Origin: Candidatus Bathyarchaeota archaeon
GTDB lineage: Archaea; Thermoproteota; Bathyarchaeia; Bathyarchaeales; Bathycorpusculaceae
Direction: 5' to 3'
DNA: 64,000 nt
NCBI GenBank assembly: GCA_963775465.1
Contig: CAVZIW010000001.1
Span: 366,697 to 430,696, forward strand
Of this stretch, positions 9,728 to 20,089 are shown one piece after another; position 1 is the stretch's first letter, and every line of letters starts with the position of its first letter. The notes beneath the pieces were generated by a model, which was not told the DNA's origin, made no database searches, and saw only the letters and a list, made by a program, of their open reading frames with translations. Made by a program: the position numbers and the translations under genes.

Positions 9728-10285
9728 ATGAGTGAAAAAAAGAAATCAACAAAAGATGCATCCAAACCTTCTGACATAACTATTTCAAAAAGTAAAACCC
9801 CAAAACAAAAAAGAAAAACAAAAAGAGCCACCGCCATTAAGCCAGCGAGCCAGCAAGATGTCTGGCAAGCTTTCGATGATGCATTTGAAAGTTTCAGAAA
9901 TGATTTTGAAAACTTGCTTTTCCCAGTAAACGTTGATAGTATCCTTGCTCAGGTACCTGAAGTTCGAGTTCCAGCTGTAGATTTGGAAGATAGAGAAAAA
10001 GACTTCCTCTTAAAAGCTGAAATGCCTGGTTTTAAAAAAGAAGATATCGAAATTTCTGTTGCTGAAGACGGAGTCGAAATTTCAGGGATGGCAGGTTGGA
10101 AGTACAGCGAAAAAGAACAGGATTATATCTGCAAAGAAAGAGCTTGCAAGTCCTTCTACCGTTACGTTGATTTACCTGAAGAAATCAAAGTTGATGATGT
10201 AGACGCTATGATAAACGATGGTGTACTCGAGGTAATACTGCCCAAAAAACAACCGAAGAAAACACGAAAGGTCAGTATAAAATAA
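9728..10285 (+). CDS. hsp20: Small heat shock protein (Hsp20/alpha-crystallin)
   Basis: AEMPGFKKEDIEI, FYRYVDLP, NDGVLEVILPK; T-rich terminator after stop. Confidence 0.93.
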   Translation: MSEKKKSTKDASKPSDITISKSKTPKQKRKTKRATAIKPASQQDVWQAFDDAFESFRNDFENLLFPVNVDSILAQVPEVRVPAVDLEDREKDFLLKAEMPGFKKEDIEISVAEDGVEISGMAGWKYSEKEQDYICKERACKSFYRYVDLPEEIKVDDVDAMINDGVLEVILPKKQPKKTRKVSIK

Positions 10286-10826
10286 TTTCACCCTTTTTTA
10301 TTTGTCTGTTCTGTAACTAGTTCGAGTTGTTTCAGCCAACATTTTTGCTTCGTTTTGGCGTAATTTTTTTTCTTTGAGGATGGGTTATTGTTGAGTGTTC
10401 CCATCCAATCTTTTGGTGGCGGGGAGGTTTGCTTTTTTGGTTCTGAATGTTTTTCAGTTGCTGTTGGGATGGGAGATGTGTTTTTTTGTTTGTAATCTAT
10501 GCTGGGTTAGGTTGGATGGGATGAGGATGGGGGAGCTTGTCGTATTTCTATGAAGGGTGGACTATATTTAGAAACATTGGTAAAACTAACCATTAGAGCT
10601 AAATATTCAGTGAATATTGACTCCTCAGCTTGTCTTTCGTTCTAACTCTGGTCAAAGAGGTGTAGTCGATTTTTCCGACTTAAAAATCTTTGAGAATACT
10701 TTGTTTTGGATATATTCTATTCTAAGTAATAATTATCTAAATCAAATAATTCTTCAAAGAAATATCGCTTTTATTTCAACAACCTCAAATTGAATTTACT
10801 GGATGAACTTTATGCTGAAAGGAGAT

Positions 10827-10958
10827 ATGAAGGCTAATAGTCAAGAGAAGCTTGCAGAAAGATGCCGGAAAGCGTTAGAAAAAAGCTATGGCATGGAAAT
10901 TCCAATGCCGAAAAGCAAACCAAAGAGACACCGGTTATTCAAAAGAGGCGTCTATTAA
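10827..10958 (+). CDS. Small basic hypothetical ORF (43 aa; alternative start 10803)
   Basis: MKANSQEKLAERCRKALEKSYGMEIPMPKSKPKRHRLFKRGVY; stop overlaps next ATG (TAATG). Confidence 0.4.
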   Translation: MKANSQEKLAERCRKALEKSYGMEIPMPKSKPKRHRLFKRGVY

Positions 10959-11176
10959 TGAGCAAAGCGAGATTTATTGACTCAATAAAAGGCAAGAATC
11001 AAGTCATAAACGAGCCGGAAAAATTAAAAATTGTATCGAAGATAGAAGAAAAGAAAAGACTATCAAGTGAAGAGTTTCTCAAAACCTACGATTCATTATG
11101 GAAAGACGGCCCCTCGATTTCTTACAATAAACCTGAAGTCCGACTTAGAGAATTTAAGACTAAATCAGATGCATAA
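10958..11176 (+). CDS. Small hypothetical protein (likely starts MSKARF)
   Basis: Internal ATG of ORF 10862-11176 with GAGG SD and TAATG coupling. Confidence 0.5.
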   Translation: MSKARFIDSIKGKNQVINEPEKLKIVSKIEEKKRLSSEEFLKTYDSLWKDGPSISYNKPEVRLREFKTKSDA

Positions 11177-11395
11177 TTTGATGGAAAGCCCATAATTTCA
11201 TAACTATTTAACTTTGTCAATTTGCCTATCACGGCAGGGCTATTTTAACTATTCATTCTGATTTGAATCGTTCTATTTTGGGAACGATAAAAAGAAGACA
11301 TTGATGACTTATCGTCATTTAATTTCCTATTTAAAACTAAACAAAGTTTTTAAGTGTTTATACTATAGCAAGTAACACGATATAATAAAGTATTT

Positions 11396-13378
11396 GTGTT
11401 AGACACATTCAAGCGAGAGCGAAAAATGGAACAACATTTAACTTCCGAAGTTCCGGCTTATGCCGCAATAATTGATACCTCAACCAAAAAAAATCTAGAT
11501 AGAGAATCGCTAATTCAACTCCTCAGACGCCACAAAGTCAGAACCAGTTTCATTGAAAAAACCGAAACAAACATAGAAGACATAATCTCGGTGTTAAGGA
11601 AAGCAAAAACAAACTTGCCTCACACATTCTTTAAAGATCTAGCATCCAAAATGGAATTGCCATATATTAAACATCAAAGGATTAGAGAGCTGTATCAAGA
11701 AAAGAAAAATTCGGAATTATTGACTATCTTACCTTACCCAATCATAGTAAAATACAAAATTATTCCTATATCTATCAAAGGCACAAACATAGAATTAGCT
11801 GTAGACAACCCATTAGATCCTAGAGTTTTAGTAGCAGCAAAATACTTGTTTGGAACTCGAATAATTAATCTTAACGTTGCTTCAACCAAATCGATTGAAT
11901 GGGCAATAGACAAAATTTATAATAAAATCCACAAAGATAAAGCAATGCTTGATTTATACAATCGTTCTCCAGATCAATCTGCATATAGAGTTGTGTATCC
12001 AAAGCAAAAATATCTTATAATTGCTGCAATCTCGACAATAATCGTAGGCAGCGTCATAAGTCCTTTAATTACTTTAATCGTTTTATTTTCTTTTGTCAGT
12101 TTTGTCTATTTTATAGTTAACCCAGTTAAAATTTACGTATCTTTTAGGGGATTTCGAGGAGCAAGAACGTCAACAAGCATTTCAGATGGGCGGGTTTCAG
12201 ATAAAGATCTCCCAACTTACACAATTTTGATCCCAGTTTTTCATGAAGCTGAAGTGCTTGCTCAAATTTTAAGAAATATTTATCGCATAAACTACCCAAA
12301 AGAAAAGTTGGATATTAAAATCTTGATGGAAGAAAAGGACGAGGAGACAATAGCTGAAGCAAAACTTCTAGGCTTATTTGGCTCCGCTAAGAAATTTGTA
12401 GAAGGTATTCCAAAGAAAGAATATATTGATTTTTTAAAATGTTTTGATCCAATAATTGTACCCGCTGCCAAAATAACAACAAAACCTAGAGCGTGCAACT
12501 ATGGCCTGTTGAGATCAAAAGGAAAATTATGTGTAATCTATGACGCCGAAGATGACCCAAACCCAGATCAGCTGAGAAAAGCAGCAACAGTTTTTCTTAA
12601 TTCAAGTAAAGATGTTGCGTGTTTGCAGTCTAAACTCAACTTCTATAACGCAGACGAAAACATCCTTACAAAATGGTTCTCGATAGAATATGCGAATTGG
12701 TTTGAGTTCTATTTGCAGGGGCTTGATTGGATAGAAGCCCCAATTCCATTAGGCGGGACAAGCAACCATTTTCGAAAAGAATGCTTAGACGCTCTTGGCA
12801 GATGGGATCCATACAACGTTACGGAAGACGCTGATATTGGGATAAGGTTAGCTCGTCAGAAACTAAAAACTGAAATAATTGATTCATACACGTACGAGGA
12901 AGCAACAAAATCCATCAGAAGTTGGGTTAAGCAGAGGTCAAGATGGTACAAAGGACACCTTCAAACTTATCTTGTTCACATGCGTAATCCAGCAGGTCTT
13001 TTAAAAGATTTAGGGCTCGCAAAATTTGCGAAGTTACAACTGACTTTCGGAGCGGGAGTTTTTATGCCTGTAATAAATCCCCTTCTGTGGATTTTTACTG
13101 CTGTTGCCTTTTTAGTTCCTGCACATTTTAGTTTTCTTTCGTCAAGCATACTTCAGTTGATATGCATTACTAATCTTTTGATTGGAAATCTTTCCTATTT
13201 AGCAATATACACTATGTCTTGTATGAAACTGAAAAAAAATCGGTTGATTCCTTATGCCTTGGTGATGCCTCTATATTGGGCGCTCTTAAGTATAGCTAGT
13301 TGGAGAGGTTTAATTCAACTGATTATAAATCCTTTCTATTGGGACAAGACTAAACATGGATTGACAAAATTAAAATAA
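11396..13378 (+). CDS. GT2 processive glycosyltransferase (NfrB/cellulose-synthase-like) with N-terminal T2SSE_N/MshE-like domain
   Basis: TKPRACNYG, YDAED, GTSNHF, VTEDAD, QRSRW motifs, TM helices; N-terminal YKIIPI...LAVDNPLD...I..AI.KIY pattern. Confidence 0.9.
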   Translation: MLDTFKRERKMEQHLTSEVPAYAAIIDTSTKKNLDRESLIQLLRRHKVRTSFIEKTETNIEDIISVLRKAKTNLPHTFFKDLASKMELPYIKHQRIRELYQEKKNSELLTILPYPIIVKYKIIPISIKGTNIELAVDNPLDPRVLVAAKYLFGTRIINLNVASTKSIEWAIDKIYNKIHKDKAMLDLYNRSPDQSAYRVVYPKQKYLIIAAISTIIVGSVISPLITLIVLFSFVSFVYFIVNPVKIYVSFRGFRGARTSTSISDGRVSDKDLPTYTILIPVFHEAEVLAQILRNIYRINYPKEKLDIKILMEEKDEETIAEAKLLGLFGSAKKFVEGIPKKEYIDFLKCFDPIIVPAAKITTKPRACNYGLLRSKGKLCVIYDAEDDPNPDQLRKAATVFLNSSKDVACLQSKLNFYNADENILTKWFSIEYANWFEFYLQGLDWIEAPIPLGGTSNHFRKECLDALGRWDPYNVTEDADIGIRLARQKLKTEIIDSYTYEEATKSIRSWVKQRSRWYKGHLQTYLVHMRNPAGLLKDLGLAKFAKLQLTFGAGVFMPVINPLLWIFTAVAFLVPAHFSFLSSSILQLICITNLLIGNLSYLAIYTMSCMKLKKNRLIPYALVMPLYWALLSIASWRGLIQLIINPFYWDKTKHGLTKLK

Positions 13379-13697
13379 GCAAGAAAATAAATTCTTTATA
13401 AATATTCTTTTTTGCCCTCTGAATGGAATAACTTTTTTGAAGTTAGTTTCATTGGTGTTTGTCTCTTTTTCTGCAAGTTCATTAACTTTAAACAGGTGTT
13501 GATGTTGACCGTTTTAATTCTATGAAGATCTTAAGAGATCAAAGTATTGTTTGGATAGTAATTTTGAGACTTGTTTTGTAATCCGTTATCTTTTTCGTTC
13601 AACCCATATAATAGCAAATATTAATATTGAAGATTTACGATATTATTTGCAAGAGTCAAATTAATCTCATACAGAAATAATGATGAGGTGAATAAAA

Positions 13698-14108
13698 ACG
13701 AGTGAAGAGTCATCTTTAATTTGCCCAAACAAAGATTGCGGGAGAGCTTTCACAAAACCACTTTCTACACAAAACATAGAAAGAGACTCTAGAAAAACCT
13801 ATAATGCATGCCCTTATTGCCTAACGGAATTATCCTCAGATGAAATTGAGAATGAAGCACAAATAGAAAAAGAAGATTCTGAATCAGAACTTAAAGAAAA
13901 ACAATATTTTGAAAGTTCAGAAGACGAATACAAAGTATCAAATCAAGAAATAAATGTTGATAGCTTTAATCAAAATAACGAAAACAAATCAGAATGCAAA
14001 TATCATATAGGTTACTTAGGTGAAGAGAAACACGACCAAATACCTGATGAATGCTTGGTTTGCTTGAAAATAATTGAATGTATGCACCAAAAATCCAAGA
14101 ATAATTAA
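13698..14108 (+). CDS. Cys-rich double zinc-finger protein (136 aa) with apparent ACG start
   Basis: Open frame with CPNKDCG, ACPYCL, acidic linker, CKYHIGYL, IPDECLVC..IIECM; GAGGTGA SD 6 nt before ACG; missed by ORF track. Confidence 0.75.
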   Translation, partial: TSEESSLICPNKDCGRAFTKPLSTQNIERDSRKTYNACPYCLTELSSDEIENEAQIEKEDSESELKEKQYFESSEDEYKVSNQEINVDSFNQNNENKSECKYHIGYLGEEKHDQIPDECLVCLKIIECMHQKSKNN

Positions 14109-14454
14109 GGATTGCCAATAGCAATAAACTTCAAAAAATCAAAATTCGAACAAGAGCGCACACAATACAAATCGCTGAAAGTTTCTATTCAGTCAGACTG
14201 CTAATTCTAAATTCTCAGTGTTGAGAGGAATTTTACGCATAAGTTGCTTTTGCTCCAAAAGACAAATTTTCTTTTTAGCCAAATTATGTGGACAAATTTC
14301 ATTTTGGTTATTTATCTTTCAAAAGACATAATTCCATATATTATATATTTATATACAAGATACGCGAAATAATTGTTGAATCGCCAATAGTGACTATGGA
14401 TTCATAGTGCTTATGTAGAAAATAAACAAAGTAAACAAGCAAACAGGTGTACAA

Positions 14455-15006
14455 ATGGCAAAATCTAGAGTAAAGATGAACAACCAAGAACGCGATAGAG
14501 TGTTTTTAGCTCTAGATACAATGAACGAGTTCGATGAATGCACCCAAAAAAAGGTCAACTTTCCATACAATAGAACATTTTCCACAAGGCGTGAAGAAGA
14601 AAAAAGAACAGAACAATCAGCGAGTTGTAATGAACCGAAATCTGAAGAATTTGATAGATTACTTCTTGAATCCATAGATGAAGCATTAGCATCATTAGGA
14701 GAGACCGTAAAAAAATCAATATATCAACATCTGCAGAATGATTTCGGGATAAGGAAAAGCGAAATACCAACCGAGATCCTTGATTTTTCAGACATTATAC
14801 ATAAAATTTTTGGTCTAGGGGCAACTCCACTGGAAATTAAGTTTATGATGAACCTGAATTCAAAAATCAAAATTGAAGTTTACTGGCCTGAGACCAACGG
14901 ACCATGCTCCAGATGGTTTGTAACAGATTTATCATTCACAGAATATGTTGCCAACATGCGAAAAAACTATGCTGATGCTAAAAAAGGCTGCCGAGTCAAG
15001 CTATAA
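14455..15006 (+). CDS. Hypothetical signalling-associated protein (DUF3227/NitrOD5-like helical domain)
   Basis: LLESIDEALASLGE...IYQHL...EIP...F...IFGLGA pattern; next to histidine kinase. Confidence 0.6.
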   Translation: MAKSRVKMNNQERDRVFLALDTMNEFDECTQKKVNFPYNRTFSTRREEEKRTEQSASCNEPKSEEFDRLLLESIDEALASLGETVKKSIYQHLQNDFGIRKSEIPTEILDFSDIIHKIFGLGATPLEIKFMMNLNSKIKIEVYWPETNGPCSRWFVTDLSFTEYVANMRKNYADAKKGCRVKL

Positions 15007-15235
15007 TTCTACATGTTTACAAACAATGAAAAAAGAAAACAAAAAATTGGAACATTTACGTAGGTTTGGTGTATCTTCATAAAAAAGTATACGAAAACAA
15101 GAAAAAATTTCTTCAATTCTGAACAGAATAAAAGGCAAAATTGCAGGACAGGCAACAAGTTGAACAGAATTAGTAAGCTGAATCGTAAATTCGCAATCTA
15201 TTATTTTCAATCTATTAATCTTCAATCATACCACA

Positions 15236-17197
15236 ATGAGGCAAAAATGCAAGACGACTATTTTGGAAGGACACTGCTTGAATAACGAATATTCGCATGA
15301 ATGCAACGATATATTTCGTGCAATTACTGATTCCTCAAAGGATGCCATAATTTTTGTAGATGACAAAGGCAAAATTAATTATTGGAATCTGTCTGCTGAA
15401 AAAATTTTTGGGTACACCAGCAAAGAGACAATTGGAAAAGAGATTCATTCACTTGTTATCCCTAAGGATATGTGCAAAGAAGCCAAAGAACGCATAAAAG
15501 CAAGTATGGAGGTTTTTGCTGAAACAGGGGCTGGCTATTTTACATATGGCAATGTCCAACTAGTGGGACGCCGCAAAGAAGGACGCGAATTCCCCGCAGA
15601 GTTGTCGCTTTCTCCAATAAAGTTGGGAGATAAATGGAACGCTGTTGGTGTGGTAAAAGATATTACTGAAAGAAAGAAAGCGGAGCAATTATTAAGAGAT
15701 GCTGAGCAGCGTTATCATACTTTATTTAATCAAGCACCAATTGGCGTGTTGCTAGTTGATCCAGAGAACGGTTCTTTTGTAGAATTTAATGATTTTGCGC
15801 ACAGGCAATTTGGATACACTAGGGATGAATTTGAAAAACTAGCTCTTTCAGATATCGAAATTGATGGTGTTGAGAGTGAGGTTAAGCTGCAATTATCTCG
15901 ACTTTTGAAAGAAGGTGGAGGTGAGTTTGAAGCAGAATATTGCGCAAAAAATGGAGACCACAAAAATATAATTGTTACAGCTAGAGTAATAAAATTGACT
16001 GGAAAGAGTTTTCTCCATTGTATTTTTCATGATATAAGTGAAATTAGAGCGGTTCAGAAATCATTGATGGAAAGTGAGGCACAGTACCGGCAGTTAGTTG
16101 AACTCGCTCAAGAAGGAGTTTGGGTGCTTAATACGGATTTTGTCACTTCTTTTGTTAATCCGAGAATGGCAGAGATGCTAGGGTATAGTCAGAGCGAAAT
16201 GCTTGGAAAAAGCTTGTTCACTTTCATTGACCACAAAGTAGTTCATTTGGCTAAGGAATTTTTGGGAAAATATACTCGAGGTGTAGATGGAAATTTTGAG
16301 TACGAATTTATCCGAAAAGATGGCACACCAATCTACGCCACTATTGCTGCCTCACAAATTGCCGACGATAATGGCAATTTTTCGGGTACTCTTGCTTTGG
16401 TTGCTGATATAACAGTTCGAAAAGAGATGGAAAATAAGTTAGAAAAATATTCCAAAAACCTTGAGGATATTGTTGAACAAAAAACAAAGCAGTTGAAAGA
16501 GGCTCAAAAACAACTAGTCAAGTCTGAAAGGCTAGCGGCTATTGGCGAATTAGCTGGAATGATAGGTCATGATTTAAGAAATCCTTTATCAGGAATTAAG
16601 AATGCAGCTTATTATCTGCATAAAAAGAATGCGTGTCAAACAAGTTGTTCAAAAGAAATGTTGGATATCATCGACAAATGTGTTAATCATTCAAACAAGA
16701 TCATCAATGACCTTCTGGAGTATTCCAAGGAACTGATCTTAGTGAAAGAGAGCATATCTCTAGGTGAGTTATTTAGGGATGCTCTATCGATGATGAGAGT
16801 TTCGGATAAGGTGAAGATCAATCAGCTCTATGACGCTTCGTATGTTGTGAAAGTTGACTCCGAAAAGATGCAACGTGTCATTATAAATTTAATCAAGAAT
16901 TCGATTGATGCAATGCCTGAAGGAGGAGAGATTTCAATAAGAAGTAAGATAAAAAATGGCTCATTGGAGCTTTCTTTCTCTGATACTGGACTTGGTATTT
17001 CAGACGATGTGTTGCCAAAACTCTTCTTACCTTTGTTCACTACAAAGGCGCAGGGTATGGGTTTTGGCTTGGCCATTTGCAAAAGAATTGTAGATGCTCA
17101 TGAAGGGAAAATAGCGGTAAGTACAGTCAAAGGAGAAGGCACAACTTTTGCAATTACATTGCCTATTGAAACTAAAACGATTTTGGAGGTGACTTGA
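15236..17197 (+). CDS. Cytoplasmic PAS-domain sensor histidine kinase (3 PAS + HisKA + HATPase)
   Basis: PAS/PAC motifs (DITERK), H-box AGMIGHDLRNPL, NLIKNSIDA, DTGLG, GMGFGLAI. Confidence 0.95.
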   Translation: MRQKCKTTILEGHCLNNEYSHECNDIFRAITDSSKDAIIFVDDKGKINYWNLSAEKIFGYTSKETIGKEIHSLVIPKDMCKEAKERIKASMEVFAETGAGYFTYGNVQLVGRRKEGREFPAELSLSPIKLGDKWNAVGVVKDITERKKAEQLLRDAEQRYHTLFNQAPIGVLLVDPENGSFVEFNDFAHRQFGYTRDEFEKLALSDIEIDGVESEVKLQLSRLLKEGGGEFEAEYCAKNGDHKNIIVTARVIKLTGKSFLHCIFHDISEIRAVQKSLMESEAQYRQLVELAQEGVWVLNTDFVTSFVNPRMAEMLGYSQSEMLGKSLFTFIDHKVVHLAKEFLGKYTRGVDGNFEYEFIRKDGTPIYATIAASQIADDNGNFSGTLALVADITVRKEMENKLEKYSKNLEDIVEQKTKQLKEAQKQLVKSERLAAIGELAGMIGHDLRNPLSGIKNAAYYLHKKNACQTSCSKEMLDIIDKCVNHSNKIINDLLEYSKELILVKESISLGELFRDALSMMRVSDKVKINQLYDASYVVKVDSEKMQRVIINLIKNSIDAMPEGGEISIRSKIKNGSLELSFSDTGLGISDDVLPKLFLPLFTTKAQGMGFGLAICKRIVDAHEGKIAVSTVKGEGTTFAITLPIETKTILEVT

Positions 17198-17198
17198 T

Positions 17199-17651
17199 TT
17201 GGCAGAAAAAGCTAAAATCTTAATTGTTGATGACGACGAAAACATTAGGAAAACAATGAAGGCTATACTTGAAGAAGAGAACTACAGTGTTGATTTGGCA
17301 TCTAATGGAAAAGAAGCAATACGGATGAGTAAAGAGAAAATGTACAATTTGGCGCTTTTAGACATTCGACTTCCCGACATGGAAGGTGTTGAACTCCTAC
17401 AACTTCTGAAAGAATATGTGCCGAGAACCCGAAAAATAATGGTAACCGGATACCCAACGATTCAAAATGCTGTCACGGCAATTAACAAAAACGCAGATGC
17501 ATACTTACTTAAACCCGTTGACATAGAAAAACTCCTTCAAATCGTAAAAGAACAGTTGCGCGCCCAAGAAGAAGAAAGAAGCTTCAGTGAGGAAAAGGTA
17601 GCTGAATTTATTGAAGCTCGCGTAAGAGACGTAACAATCAACAACATTTGA
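17199..17651 (+). CDS. Response regulator (receiver domain)
   Basis: ILIVDDD, LLDIRLPDMEG, VTG, LLKP; adjacent to kinase. Confidence 0.93.
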   Translation: MAEKAKILIVDDDENIRKTMKAILEEENYSVDLASNGKEAIRMSKEKMYNLALLDIRLPDMEGVELLQLLKEYVPRTRKIMVTGYPTIQNAVTAINKNADAYLLKPVDIEKLLQIVKEQLRAQEEERSFSEEKVAEFIEARVRDVTINNI

Positions 17652-17987
17652 TACTATAATATCTTTCTTTATTTTTTGTAAATTCTTTGATTTAAGAAGT
17701 ACCTACAGCATAATCAAAAGATTCTTGATGTCAATTTTTTCTTTTGAGAAAACAAGCAATCTGTCATGTTTTTGAATCCTAAAACAAGATAATAACAATT
17801 AAGTGGCTTCAATAAATAGCAGAATACGATAGAGCACGTAAATTTATGATTCATAATGTAAAAATAGCTACTCAAACATACAATCATCCAATTAAAACTA
17901 AACTGCAAGGTCTTAAATGAGCTCAAACTATAACCTTTGAAGTTGCCAAAACAGACTTTATGTTTCAAACAATAAGGGATTCATGCT

Positions 17988-18665
17988 ATGACTGAAACAC
18001 TAGAAAATATCATTAAGACAAAAGAAAAAGAACTGCTCACCCTCTACAAAGTCATGGAGGAGATAAAACTTAGTTTCATTAATGAAACAATTTTTTTCGC
18101 TGCAGAATGGTACAAGCAGACCTCCAAAAAATACGTCACAAAGTACTCAGACATCACATTAAGCTTAAGCATGGACAAGCTGGCAGACCTCAAGAAAAAG
18201 GTAAAAACACTTGAAAAACAAGCAAACATTTTTGTCGAAAAAGCACTGTCTGAAAAGAATATTTGGTGGCATGAAAACCCGGATCCACATGCCTCCATTT
18301 CTCAGTATGATCTTCTTGGCAACAACCAGGTTGGCAGCAAATACCCAGAAGGTGTTGATAAAGCGGTACGTTTTGCTCTTGGAGAACTAGGAGTTATTCT
18401 TGAAGAGTTTGGATACAATATTGCAACATCAATATCGTTTAAGCCTTACCAAGAATTTTGGTTCTATGCGGAACAAGATCAAAAGGCACATTTCCACTCT
18501 TATTTTCCCCATTCGCTAGATTGGTCAGAAACAATGCAAGAAACTATAGTAAAGTATAGCGAAGCGTTCAAAAAAGCAATATCTATTCTAGGAGAAATTC
18601 AGGCAATGAAAGAAGAAGTTAAGAGAAGACGAATCATTGATCTTTGGGATGAGGTAGATAGTTAA
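17988..18665 (+). CDS. Hypothetical protein
   Basis: 225-aa ORF, helical/coiled-coil character. Confidence 0.7.
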   Translation: MTETLENIIKTKEKELLTLYKVMEEIKLSFINETIFFAAEWYKQTSKKYVTKYSDITLSLSMDKLADLKKKVKTLEKQANIFVEKALSEKNIWWHENPDPHASISQYDLLGNNQVGSKYPEGVDKAVRFALGELGVILEEFGYNIATSISFKPYQEFWFYAEQDQKAHFHSYFPHSLDWSETMQETIVKYSEAFKKAISILGEIQAMKEEVKRRRIIDLWDEVDS

Positions 18666-18685
18666 CCTTAATTGAAGGGAGAAAC

Positions 18686-19051
18686 TTAGAAAACACCCAG
18701 TAGTTTCGACGCGACCACGGCAATACCTGCAATTGTAATCACGAAGAGCAAAGCTTTAGATTTTAGTGGTGATTTTGACTGGGCATCAATATCTTGGAAC
18801 TCGTATTCCTTGATCTCTTTTGTTGACATGTTAATTTGAACTTTAGCAGTTTTGTTTTTAAAGCTCATCTCAACCACATATACTTCATCTTCCAAAGACA
18901 CTTTCAGAGGTAGCCAATTTCCTTTATAACCGAGTCTTTTTAGGAAATCAATTGTTTGTTCTGTTGCGCTTTCAGCATCGAATCGCGAGAGCTCAATAGT
19001 TGCTCCAGTATCTTCAATGGTAGTGGTTGACATTGACGTTCGTTTGAACAA
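18686..19051 (-). CDS. Hypothetical protein, PepSY-like domain with C-terminal TM anchor
   Basis: Helix plus beta pattern (VQINMSTKEIKEYE), hydrophobic C-terminus. Confidence 0.6.
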   Translation of the reverse strand: MFKRTSMSTTTIEDTGATIELSRFDAESATEQTIDFLKRLGYKGNWLPLKVSLEDEVYVVEMSFKNKTAKVQINMSTKEIKEYEFQDIDAQSKSPLKSKALLFVITIAGIAVVASKLLGVF

Positions 19052-19129
19052 TTGGTTTTTCTCAATATTAGATGTTGTGAATCAAAAAACATTATCTAAA
19101 ATAAACAATAAAGAAAATAAAAGAGAAAA

Positions 19130-19351
19130 TTATGGAATTTCAGGAATAGGCGTCGGTTCCAGCGCTCCATCTAGAGCGCTATTGGTTTGATTGAGCATAT
19201 TGTTGATATAACTCTGAAGCGGTGTAAGGTTCTGAGCAAAATCATTGGAAGACATCGTAGTTTGAGCTAAGTTCACTGTATAACCAATAACTACGCAAGC
19301 AAGGACTACACTGGCTGTTACTAATAATAAAGCTGCAACTGTTGCCTCCAT
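19130..19351 (-). CDS. Small pilin-like protein lacking a basic leader
   Basis: MEATVAALLLVTASVVLACVVIGY resembles the archaeal pilin N-terminal helix; AGGAG SD. Confidence 0.55.
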   Translation of the reverse strand: MEATVAALLLVTASVVLACVVIGYTVNLAQTTMSSNDFAQNLTPLQSYINNMLNQTNSALDGALEPTPIPEIP

Positions 19352-19501
19352 ATTGTTACTCCTTTCTCTTTTGAAGTCGAGGCAAAGAAATTATTTAACA
19401 ATTATTACCAATTTCAGGATATAATGAAAAAAGAAATAAATCGAACATTTAAGAAAAGAAGGGCAGTCCCGAAATTATTGCCTGACTATCTGACTAGGCG
19501 A

Positions 19502-19978
19502 TTACTGTTTGGGTTTATTCTCGGCTGCCGCAGGAACCTCTTCAGAGCTCTTTACTTTGGACTTTTCATCCGTTGCTGAAGCTTGATTGTTACCTGACAA
19601 TATTTGAATCTTTTCAGCCATTGGATGAAGAAGATCTGGAGGAGGATACGGCGTGTTCAGGTTGGAAGATAGAATATAGATTGAATTGAAAACGTGTTGA
19701 TAGATTGTGAAAAGAATTTGTGGGATGCGTGTTTTTGGGTTTACCTCTAATTTCTTCTTTATATCGTCTGGTTTTCCTGCTAAAGTGACTAAACCAGCAG
19801 TGTTGTATTTAACGACATTTGGCTTTGTTGAAATTGCCAAATTGAAACTTAGCGTAACTTGGCTGTTTTCTCTTTTTTGTTCTTCTAGCTTTGCGTTAAC
19901 GTCAAAAAAAAGCTCGTCTTTTGTTGTGTATTCTCCTGTACGTTCAGCTTGTAAACTATTAAGATTAATCGAAACCAT
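19502..19978 (-). CDS. Conserved archaeal hypothetical protein, possible SecB-like fold
   Basis: Four beta strands, helix, PYPPPDLL; AGGAG SD. Confidence 0.6.
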   Translation of the reverse strand: MVSINLNSLQAERTGEYTTKDELFFDVNAKLEEQKRENSQVTLSFNLAISTKPNVVKYNTAGLVTLAGKPDDIKKKLEVNPKTRIPQILFTIYQHVFNSIYILSSNLNTPYPPPDLLHPMAEKIQILSGNNQASATDEKSKVKSSEEVPAAAENKPKQ

Positions 19979-20089
19979 TACTCCTGAAACAGAATATTGT
20001 GGGTTTACCGCTGATTCCTCTCCTACACATCTTGTGATTTTGATATATAACTGTTATATTAGAAATTTGTCTCTATTTGTAGTCTTAGT

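Noticed and set aside
10290-10560. G/T-rich stretch with a start-less open frame on the minus strand
   Set aside because: No start codon or recognisable motif; open frame is explained by base skew.
19502-19978. Arcadin-1 assignment
   Set aside because: Could not be supported by motifs and there is no crenactin in the window; left as hypothetical.
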